Shown: piece after piece, positions 9,480-16,879 of the stretch
Numbering within the stretch: the stretch's first letter is position 1
How the letters are laid out: each line of letters starts with the position of its first letter
Assembly (NCBI RefSeq): GCF_003072485.1
Contig: NZ_CP025989.1
Location: forward strand, 780,001 to 812,000
Length of the DNA: 32,000 bases
DNA from: Candidatus Fokinia solitaria
Lineage (GTDB): Bacteria > Pseudomonadota > Alphaproteobacteria > Rickettsiales > Midichloriaceae
Reading direction: 5' to 3'
Notes under the pieces: model-generated
Database searches by the model: none
What the model was told of the DNA's origin: nothing
The model's input: the letters and a program-made list of their open reading frames with translations, nothing else
Position numbers and translations under genes: made by a program

Positions 9480-10082
9480 ATGAATAACAAAAAGAACGAT
9501 GACATACTATGTAATTATCACGGTATAAAGCATATTGCTGTCACAGATGAAGAGTGTTTAATCAAGGAAATTTCAGCGCAATATTCAAAGACTGGCTTTG
9601 TCAAAGCTAAATTCATGGAATTGCTTGCATGGGCGAGAGTAGGCTCTCTGTGGCCAATGACATTTGGTTTAGCATGCTGTGCTGTAGAGATGATGCATGC
9701 AGCAGGAAGTAGATATGATATGGATAGATTCGGAATGCTCTTTCGCGCAACGCCTAGACAATCTGATGTCATCATAGTTGCTGGCACTCTGACAAATAAG
9801 ATGGCTGCAGCGCTACGTATGGTCTATGATCAGATGCCAGAACCGAGATGGGTGATATCAATGGGTAGCTGTGCAAACGGTGGAGGATATTATCACTACT
9901 CATACTCTGTAGTGAGAGGATGCGATCGAATTATACCAGTAGATGTGTATATCCCTGGTTGCCCTCCAACTCCGGAAGCACTACTATACGGATTCATGAT
10001 TTTGCAAAGAAAAATCAAAAGACAGCATAGAGAGGCGGCGTACGACAAACTGAAGCAGAATACCGCGCCACTCTCAAATTAA
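9480..10082 (+). CDS. nuoB: NADH-quinone oxidoreductase subunit B (complex I, N2 Fe-S subunit)
   Basis: Motifs present are [43 protein letters not shown] and IPGCPP. It stands alone, with no nuoA or nuoC alongside. Confidence 0.95.
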   Translation: MNNKKNDDILCNYHGIKHIAVTDEECLIKEISAQYSKTGFVKAKFMELLAWARVGSLWPMTFGLACCAVEMMHAAGSRYDMDRFGMLFRATPRQSDVIIVAGTLTNKMAAALRMVYDQMPEPRWVISMGSCANGGGYYHYSYSVVRGCDRIIPVDVYIPGCPPTPEALLYGFMILQRKIKRQHREAAYDKLKQNTAPLSN

Positions 10083-10094
10083 GCTTTTCGATAT

Positions 10095-11450
10095 CTAAGC
10101 GTCATCACCATATCCTGTAGGTTGCGTCCACTCTTTACCTATAAGAATTTTAGGAGAAAGATACTTGAGAGTACCCATATTACCAAGCATTTCAACAATC
10201 GATGACGTGTAGTAAAAAACGCTATCATAAAACGCTATTTCTGCTTCATACGCATCAACTTGCGCTCTCATAGAATCAGTAAAATTCTTCGTACCTACCT
10301 CGTACTCTATTGCTGTATCCTTAGCAAGCTTCACACGATGCATCAAGGCAGCTTCACGTGCTTTCATCAAGACCACATTACTCTCCATTCTTCCCCATAA
10401 TTTCTTCGCTTCTTCTATTGCTACCGCTTTAGCATCTCTCCAGGCAATTTTAGTACGATTTTTCTCACTATTTTGAGCATATATTCTAGCGTAATCCACT
10501 GGTACGAATATAGGCACCCTAACATTAAGAGAGAGTGTTTTACCTCCGAATAAGTAAGCACTTGTCTCAGAATCATATACACTTTGTGAAGTATCCGGTG
10601 CAATGTTATAAGATACATCGACGGAAGCACCAAGCCTTGAAAGTGCTGCTACAGAATGCGCTTTCTCTCTTTTGTAAGAAAAAGAACTTTGCATAATAGC
10701 ATCATTATGTTGCATTGTAACATCAATCACAGCATCCAAAGAAGCAGGCATAGAAACATTGTGAAAATCAACATGAGAGAGTTTTATGTGCTCATCTGGA
10801 AATTCAGTACCAGTCAGATAGCGGAATTTTCCTTTTTCTTCTTTTAGCGATTCTTCTGCTGCTGTTAACTGACTGACTGCATTCGCCATCTGATATTCTG
10901 CCTCTGCTAAATCGGAAGAGGCAATCACTCCAAGAGAAAACTTCACTTTTGCTTTATCTAAAGCATCTTCATAGTACCTTTTTTGTCTTTGCCTAATCAC
11001 AACTACATCTTTATCATGAAGTACCTTTTCATAACTTAATATCACCTGTGCAGTAACTTTAGTAACGGTATCGTAGAACATGTATGTGTCAGCATTTTTG
11101 TCGGCATTTGAAGAAACGATATCCATCATATCTGCACCACTTTTAAAGATGTTACAGCTTATCTGCAATGAAGCATTCTCGCTGATGTTACGTTCTACTT
11201 TCTGCCCCGTAAACGTCTTCGCGTCCTTTACAGTAGAAATAGAATATCCCCAGTTCGCTGTAGGTAATAGAGTAGCAAGCGCCATATTTTCCCTACCGGA
11301 TGATGCACTCACCTTCTCCTTCGCAGCAGCTATTTTCTGATTATTCTGCAAAGCGGCATCTATAGCCATCGAAATATCATACGCTTCAGACTTGATAAAC
11401 GAAAAACATGACGACATGAACGTCACTACGATGAAAAAGAATCTTAACAC
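10095..11450 (-). CDS. tolC: TolC-family outer-membrane efflux/secretion channel protein
   Basis: It has a signal peptide (GTG start at 11450). The N-terminus SMAIDAALQNNQKIAAAKEKV is typical of OEP/TolC proteins. Helical coiled-coil-rich repeats occur in two halves. Length is about 450 aa. Confidence 0.75.
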   Translation of the reverse strand: MLRFFFIVVTFMSSCFSFIKSEAYDISMAIDAALQNNQKIAAAKEKVSASSGRENMALATLLPTANWGYSISTVKDAKTFTGQKVERNISENASLQISCNIFKSGADMMDIVSSNADKNADTYMFYDTVTKVTAQVILSYEKVLHDKDVVVIRQRQKRYYEDALDKAKVKFSLGVIASSDLAEAEYQMANAVSQLTAAEESLKEEKGKFRYLTGTEFPDEHIKLSHVDFHNVSMPASLDAVIDVTMQHNDAIMQSSFSYKREKAHSVAALSRLGASVDVSYNIAPDTSQSVYDSETSAYLFGGKTLSLNVRVPIFVPVDYARIYAQNSEKNRTKIAWRDAKAVAIEEAKKLWGRMESNVVLMKAREAALMHRVKLAKDTAIEYEVGTKNFTDSMRAQVDAYEAEIAFYDSVFYYTSSIVEMLGNMGTLKYLSPKILIGKEWTQPTGYGDDA

Positions 11451-11755
11451 TATCTATTGCTACCCCTCTGTTCGAATTTTCACTAGTGGATTTTGAAGAG
11501 ATAGCACTACAATGTCAAGGATGACTTAACAATATGTGTATCCTTTGAATTAGTAGCAAGAAAATCACACACATCCGTAAGTTTCAAGCTATCAAAAAAA
11601 CAGTTTAATACGGACATTTTTGATACTGAATTTTATCGTCGTATCACGATACTATTGATCATTTTTACTCACAACTATAGATTACGGCGAGTATTCGGCT
11701 ATTGGATATCTTCAATCGCTTTGCTTCGATATTAACTAATGCATTTTACACTAGC

Positions 11756-12523
11756 ATGCTAAAGAATAAAATAGGTCTTATAGTTGGTCTCTCAAATGAG
11801 TACTCAATTGCATATAAAACGGCTGTACAATGTTACAATGCCGGTGCTACTCTAGCACTTTCGTGCCAAACACAACTTGCATCTCGCGCAATGCCACTAG
11901 CACAGAAAGTACAGGGAACGCTGTATGAGTGCGATGCTACCGATACCGCATCTGTTGATTTAATGATTCAGCATGTTAAGGAAAAATTTGGAAAATTGGA
12001 TTTTGTGATACATAGCGTCGCATTTGCTCCTAAAGAATGTCTGTCAGGGCGCTTTTTAGACACTTCACATTCTGACTTTTCGCTCACTATGAGTGCTTCG
12101 TGCTTCTCATTTATCTATCTTGCAAAAGCTGCATCAGAATTAATGCACGACGGAGGCAGTATAATAACGATGACATACTACGGCGCGCAAAAAGTTATAC
12201 CTAATTACAATGTAATGGGAGTGGCAAAAGCAGCATTAGAAGCCTGTGTAAGATATGCTGCTCTAGATCTTGGTACAGAAAAAATACGCGTTAACGCTAT
12301 CTCTGCAGGCCCTATCAAGACTCTTGCAGCTTCCGGCATAGGCGGATTTAGCAAAATGCTTCATTGGGTTGAAAAGAACTCCATTATGAGAGAGAATGTA
12401 AGCGGCGCAGATGTAGGAGATAGCGCTGTATATCTAGTCAGTGATATGAGTAAAAACGTCACGGGACAGACTTTATTCGTTGATTCAGGCTATAGCGTAG
12501 TAGGTATGAAACTGGAAGAGTAA
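11756..12523 (+). CDS. fabI: Enoyl-[acyl-carrier-protein] reductase (NADH), FabI
   Basis: MLKNKIGLIVGLSNEYSIAY, HSVAFAP, MTYYGAQKVIPNYNVMGVAKAALE (the catalytic Y...K region), ISAGPIKTLAASGI and GQTLFVDSGYS are all present. The ATG at 11756 is preferred over the TTG at 11702 used by the ORF track. Confidence 0.9.
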   Translation: MLKNKIGLIVGLSNEYSIAYKTAVQCYNAGATLALSCQTQLASRAMPLAQKVQGTLYECDATDTASVDLMIQHVKEKFGKLDFVIHSVAFAPKECLSGRFLDTSHSDFSLTMSASCFSFIYLAKAASELMHDGGSIITMTYYGAQKVIPNYNVMGVAKAALEACVRYAALDLGTEKIRVNAISAGPIKTLAASGIGGFSKMLHWVEKNSIMRENVSGADVGDSAVYLVSDMSKNVTGQTLFVDSGYSVVGMKLEE

Positions 12524-12535
12524 GCAAATTTTATC

Positions 12536-12589
12536 AGGAGATCGTGAAGAGATTTTATACAGCACTGCAAAATATCTTCATTTTCTCCT
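12536..12589. terminator. Imperfect long hairpin between the convergent fabI and HU-like genes (candidate bidirectional terminator)
   Basis: I paired it by hand. AGGAGA(12536-41) pairs with TCTCCT(12584-89). After a 2-nt mismatch, GTGAAGA pairs with TCTTCAT (one G-U pair). After a further 1-nt mismatch, ATTTT pairs with AAAAT. The loop is 12 nt. No clear U-tract follows on either strand. Confidence 0.3.
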
Positions 12590-12603
12590 CTCTTATATAT
12601 CAA

Positions 12604-12891
12604 TTAGCCTAATTCGTTCTTTGATTTGAAAAAGAAATGATCAAGTGACATCTTATTCTCCATCATCTTGCTGAGTATGAAGTTCGTAGGAGTAAATTTG
12701 AGAATCTCATGCACATCCTTTTCATCTACGGAAATGGTACCAAGATACTTTATGGTCAACTTCTTCTCTTCTACAAGAGTCTCAATCATGGCACTTACTA
12801 CTGTCTTTATGCACTTCGAAGCCTTCTCAGGGCTATAACCTACATCACTAGATACTTGCTGCAACAACAGTATAGAATTATTTAGTTCCAT
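12604..12891 (-). CDS. Small HU/IHF-fold-like protein, divergent, with the beta-arm region drastically shortened (tentative)
   Basis: It is 95 aa. YSPEKASKCIKTVVSAMIETLVEEKKLTIKYLGTISV aligns by eye to the helix-turn-helix body and first strand of HU/IHF. The roughly 25-aa DNA-wrapping arm (R..R.GRNP.TG) is replaced by about 9 aa (DEKDVHEIL). Confidence 0.35.
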   Translation of the reverse strand: MELNNSILLLQQVSSDVGYSPEKASKCIKTVVSAMIETLVEEKKLTIKYLGTISVDEKDVHEILKFTPTNFILSKMMENKMSLDHFFFKSKNELG

Positions 12892-13428
12892 TTTAGATAT
12901 TAGTATTTGTTATTACTTACTTTTAGATTGTAGCTAATGCACTAACAACACAATAGGCAGATATATCAACATACGCATGTAAATTGCACGTAATGCTACC
13001 ATAATACTAAAAGTTTCGCTTTGGAGGAGGATACTACAATCATCTATTCATAACAAGAGAAATGTTATGCAGATATAAATTAAAAGCATAGAATATGTAT
13101 ATATTCGTGTGAAGCAGTATCGCTTGTCTTATTTTTTTCTCTTCATCTAACCGAAAAATCCACAAGAATTACCTAATATATCACATTAATAGAAGAGATG
13201 TTAATATTCATAACTCAGTATGAACAAAAATCCAACATAGATTAAACATACTTGTTACGAAGCTATACTAAAATTCGATAAATATAAGATTCATAATATT
13301 GCAATGTTTTTATTTCTTTAGAATAAGATTCGTCATTCAACATTAAAAATAAATTTAATTATTATTGATATATTAGGGTAATATATATTATCATTAAATA
13401 TATCTCTTCATACTTGTTACGTTTCACA

Positions 13429-13734
13429 ATGCAAATTCATAATGATATAAATCCGAAAGTCTTCGAAGCAGTAGGAGATGAAGTCTCAAAAAACATCGCA
13501 ATGTCGTTAGCAAAATTCAGCAATTCGAAATACAAAAAAATACAAGGTAGGCTTTTTATCAAAGCTACACCGAATATGGAGGAAAATATTACAAAAACTA
13601 CCGCAGAAATTGCAGCGCTCACAAAGCGCGAAGTCGCAATTTCTCTCAAAAAAGGTATTGTAGAAAAAATGAAACACGGAGTGACATCATTCAGAGACAG
13701 ATTACTTCGCAGTAGCAAAGAAAAACAAAGATAA
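13429..13734 (+). CDS. Hypothetical small lysine-rich protein
   Basis: This is a 101-aa ORF from the ATG at 13429 (the ORF track uses the TTG at 13414). I recognise no motif. It is the only sizeable ORF in this otherwise empty interval, and the overlapping antisense ORF looks like a shadow. Confidence 0.35.
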   Translation: MQIHNDINPKVFEAVGDEVSKNIAMSLAKFSNSKYKKIQGRLFIKATPNMEENITKTTAEIAALTKREVAISLKKGIVEKMKHGVTSFRDRLLRSSKEKQR

Positions 13735-13935
13735 CAAAAATGCAATTCACATAATATTTCCTCCTTTATCAAGACAATAAAGTTTAACATTTGAATACTT
13801 CATATGCGGCATATTTAGCCTTTTCTTTTCTCGCTCCGATTCTTCAAATCGCATCAGTTATCGAACTTTATCAGCCTTGCACATTAGATTAAATCATAGT
13901 ACATTCTACAGTTGTTATACGAATATAAGTTCTTC

Positions 13936-14649
13936 ATGCTGAACTCTGTTAAAGCAATCCTGCTAGGATGTCCAGGCAGTGGTAAAGGCACTTTAGGAAA
14001 GGAAATATCGAAATTTCTTTCGATACCGATCCTTTCTACTGGAAAATTGCTCAGGAAGCTTTTTGCTAGCAAAGAACAGAATGGAAATAAAATCAACGGA
14101 GGCGCACTACTGGAAGACGATAAGATGATGCATATTCTGCAAGAAACATTAGTAAAAACAGAGTATACCAACGGAGTTATACTAGACGGATACCCTAGAA
14201 CGATAACACAAGCAGAGTTATTAGATAACGAGATAAAAAAAAAGGACGACACTATAATACTCGATATAGCAGTTAAGCCTGAAATCGCCATTAAGCGGAT
14301 TGTAGGAAGATTTATGTGCAGTCAATGCGATAGTATATACAATCTCTTCTTTAAGCTACCTTATATCAACAATATCATTCTAACGCAGGATATAACTGTG
14401 AAAGATCTGCTATCAAGTAATAATTCATCGTGTAAATGCGATCACTGCGGTAGCGAAACATTTTACAGTCGCGAAGATGATACCGAAGAAATAGCGTTAA
14501 AAAGGTATAAAGAATACGTCAAAAACACATTACCACTTACTGACTACTATAAACACAGAAAGTTCTATTTTCACTTCGATGGCAATAACTCATCTCAGCA
14601 CTTATTCGATGAAGTAAAGAATGTGCTTCATGCAAAGAAAGATAACTAG
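13936..14649 (+). CDS. adk: Adenylate kinase (long, Cys4 zinc-type LID with an extra insert), cytoplasmic form
   Basis: The P-loop is ILLGCPGSGKGT. STGKLLRK and ILDGYPRT are present. The LID is GRFMCSQC...CKCDHCGSETFYSREDD, followed by RYKEY...T.PL..YY. The ATG at 13936 gives 237 aa with no signal peptide. Confidence 0.85.
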   Translation: MLNSVKAILLGCPGSGKGTLGKEISKFLSIPILSTGKLLRKLFASKEQNGNKINGGALLEDDKMMHILQETLVKTEYTNGVILDGYPRTITQAELLDNEIKKKDDTIILDIAVKPEIAIKRIVGRFMCSQCDSIYNLFFKLPYINNIILTQDITVKDLLSSNNSSCKCDHCGSETFYSREDDTEEIALKRYKEYVKNTLPLTDYYKHRKFYFHFDGNNSSQHLFDEVKNVLHAKKDN

Positions 14650-14682
14650 TATATTAATTTCTTAAGTATTTATTAAAGCTAC

Positions 14683-15657
14683 ATGACATTGGTATTCATG
14701 GGTTCAGGAGAGTTCGCTTTATATCCATTGTTAAAGCTCCTTAAAAGCGAACATAAAGTGAGTGCAATATATACAAAAGGTGAAAAAAATAATCCGATTC
14801 TGAACTTAGCGCATGAAAACAGTATTCAAGTTTTTACTCCAAATTCTCTCAAAAGCGAAGACCATGTTACACAACTGAAAATGCTCGCTCCCACCATATG
14901 TGTAGTAGCATCGTATGGACTCATCATTCCTTCATCAATGCTTAATATTCCAGTAAACGGATTTATTAATATACATCCATCATCATTACCAAGATGGCGC
15001 GGCGCTGCTCCAATTCAACGTGCGATAATATCTGGAGACAGACATATCCACGTATGCATTATGCAGATGGATAGCGGACTTGATACAGGAAATATAATAC
15101 TATCTCAACTGGTAGAACTCAAAGACGAAACATACTCTGAGATTTTACCGATTCTTTCCAACATAGGTGCAAATTTACTGCTTGAAGCATTAGAATTAAT
15201 AAAAAAAAACACAACAATCTTCATAAAACAAGCTGAAGATGGCATTACATATGCTGATAAAATCAAGAACACAGAATGCATGATAAGTTATGATAAAACA
15301 GGATACGAAGTACATAACCTTGTAAGAGGACTCTCTAAAATAGCATGCGCTTTTCTACTATTTCAGCAAAAAAGATTAAACTTGATAAAAAGCACTCTAC
15401 TAAAATTTGGAAGTACTGAATATCAACAATACTTATGCACCGCTCAAGTTCTCTGTAATCTGCAATCTTTTTCAAAAGTCCATACAAAACATAGAATAGA
15501 GTTGCAAAATGCCGATCTGCTATTCGCTAAGAAAAAAGGCATAGGAATCTATTTTGCAGGCGATAGAAGTATACTAATTCTCGAAATAGTACAACTCGAA
15601 GGTAAAAAGATTATGTCTGGTGCAGATTTCTCAAACGGTCTATTGGTTAAAATATAA
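14683..15657 (+). CDS. fmt: Methionyl-tRNA formyltransferase
   Basis: MTLVFMGSGEFALYPLLKLL, VVASYGLIIP, INIHPSSLPRWRGAAPIQRAI and MQMDSGLDTG are all present. The C-terminal domain carries a modest insert. Confidence 0.9.
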   Translation: MTLVFMGSGEFALYPLLKLLKSEHKVSAIYTKGEKNNPILNLAHENSIQVFTPNSLKSEDHVTQLKMLAPTICVVASYGLIIPSSMLNIPVNGFINIHPSSLPRWRGAAPIQRAIISGDRHIHVCIMQMDSGLDTGNIILSQLVELKDETYSEILPILSNIGANLLLEALELIKKNTTIFIKQAEDGITYADKIKNTECMISYDKTGYEVHNLVRGLSKIACAFLLFQQKRLNLIKSTLLKFGSTEYQQYLCTAQVLCNLQSFSKVHTKHRIELQNADLLFAKKKGIGIYFAGDRSILILEIVQLEGKKIMSGADFSNGLLVKI

Positions 15658-15752
15658 CCCTCTTCAGTTTTACTTACTTTTTTTGAGATAAAGATTGCTT
15701 ATTTCATACCTTTGAGTAATATCAACTCCGAATATGAAATTTTTTATTGAGA

Positions 15753-16583
15753 ATGAAGAAATTTTTAACAGCAGTACTGCTCTCTGCGGTCGTTTTCATT
15801 AGCGCGTGTAGTCCGCAACATACTAATCTTGATAGCACTACTCAAGAAAATCCTATCTCAAGAGTAAAGATAATTCTCTTAGGTGCGCCAGGTAGCGGCA
15901 AAGGCACTTTCGGTGCAATGCTTTCCACTCAACTTAATGTTCCAATATTGTCAATGGGTGATGCAATACGAGAGTATTTCAAATCCTCTTCCGATCCTAA
16001 GGCTGCACAACTACAAGGCGGCAAACTGTTAGATGATGAAACTACTATTCAGATTTTAAAGAAAAAACTGTTAGAGCCACAGTATGCAAATGGTGTCATA
16101 TTAGACGGATATCCACGTACAGTAGCGCAGGGACTTATGTTAGATGAGGCTTTAGGCGCTAGCAACTCTCCAATCATTATCAACGTTCATGCTTCTCTTA
16201 ATGTGATAGAGAAAAGAAGTGCTGGTCGCTTTATGTGCGCTGAGTGTAATGCAATCTACAATCTATACTTCAGCTTGCCAAAGATACATGATAAGTCTCT
16301 CGATAGCGGCAAAGTCACAAGAGCACAGATGTTAGCACGTGATAATATGTGCACTTGCGATCATTGTGGAAGCAAGAAATTCTATGCGAGAAAAGACGAT
16401 ACACGTAAGGTGATATTGCATAGATATTGCGAATATCGGAAGAATACCTTGCCGCTTATAAAGCACTACCAAACGTATCCTGCTTTCTTCACTGTTGATG
16501 GCAATTGCTCCATTTCCCTTCTCTCTCAGCAAGCTATAACTCTTGCAGAGAAGCTTCGCCCTCTTCTCGCTGCTAGAAAATAG
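15753..16583 (+). CDS. Adenylate kinase paralog with an N-terminal lipoprotein signal peptide (predicted exported or membrane-anchored)
   Basis: M(R)MKKFLTAVLLSAVVFISAC has a basic n-region, a hydrophobic core and the lipobox I-S-A-C (Cys codon at 15807-15809). A Ser/Thr/Gln linker follows. The Adk core looks intact: ILLGAPGSGKGT (from 15882), SMGDAIR, ILDGYPRT, GRFMCAEC...CTCDHCGSKKFYARKDD and RYCEY...TLPL..HY. An alternative TTG start lies at 15747. Confidence 0.8.
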   Translation: MKKFLTAVLLSAVVFISACSPQHTNLDSTTQENPISRVKIILLGAPGSGKGTFGAMLSTQLNVPILSMGDAIREYFKSSSDPKAAQLQGGKLLDDETTIQILKKKLLEPQYANGVILDGYPRTVAQGLMLDEALGASNSPIIINVHASLNVIEKRSAGRFMCAECNAIYNLYFSLPKIHDKSLDSGKVTRAQMLARDNMCTCDHCGSKKFYARKDDTRKVILHRYCEYRKNTLPLIKHYQTYPAFFTVDGNCSISLLSQQAITLAEKLRPLLAARK

Positions 16584-16593
16584 AAGCATCTAA

Positions 16594-16628
16594 CTTTCCA
16601 AAAAGTGGCTTTTGCTCTTTTTGGAAAG
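16594..16628 (+). terminator. Perfect 12-bp inverted repeat 10 nt downstream of the adk-paralog stop (candidate intrinsic terminator)
   Basis: CTTTCCAAAAAG (16594-16605) pairs with CTTTTTGGAAAG (16617-16628) around an 11-nt loop. The stem is AT-rich, and only a short TTTT follows, 8 nt downstream. Confidence 0.45.
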
Positions 16629-16879
16629 GAAGCTGTTTTCTAGTAATCACTGCACTCAGCTTTGAGTATCCTCCTCGTCCGTGTTGCTGCGGCTAGCGAT
16701 ATAAAAAGCGTAAAAAGATTAGATACAGTAAAGTGCTACGGTTTTTCACTGCATTACTATAATACAGTACTTTCTATTTACTTCTTGCATCTCAATCCTT
16801 ACAATCATTGCCTTAGGTAGGTATATTTTTTCTTTGTCAAATAACACTTTAATTATCTTATAAAGTCTTCATTTTTCTT

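Noticed and set aside
13156-13164. DnaA-box-like AAATCCACA in the AT-rich spacer next to an HU-like gene, a possible oriC
   Set aside because: It is a single box with two mismatches to TTATCCACA. There is no cluster of boxes, no flanking dnaA, dnaN, hemE or other origin-marker genes, and I cannot compute GC skew here.
13782-13812. dif-like sequence GTTTAACATTTGAATACTTCATATGCGGCAT, whose reverse complement contains ATGTTAAAC and CCGCATA, resembling the XerD and XerC arms of E. coli dif
   Set aside because: The two arm-like halves are separated by about 8-9 nt rather than the invariant 6-nt core. Each arm matches only about 6-8 of 11 positions. It would need comparison with the clade's real dif consensus and with GC-skew terminus mapping.
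13884-14291. 135-aa minus-strand ORF overlapping the 5' half of adk
   Set aside because: It is antisense to a gene with clear Adk motifs. Its translation is low-complexity and S/I/F-rich, typical of a shadow ORF in AT-rich DNA. The same reasoning applies to 13437..13790, 9518..9787, 16332..16589 and 17458..17655.
16834-16864. Sigma70-like hexamers TTGTCA-N19-TATAAA upstream of the POT transporter gene
   Set aside because: The 19-nt spacing is long and the implied leader of less than 15 nt has no Shine-Dalgarno sequence. Such hexamers arise by chance in AT-rich DNA, so it is not reported as a feature.
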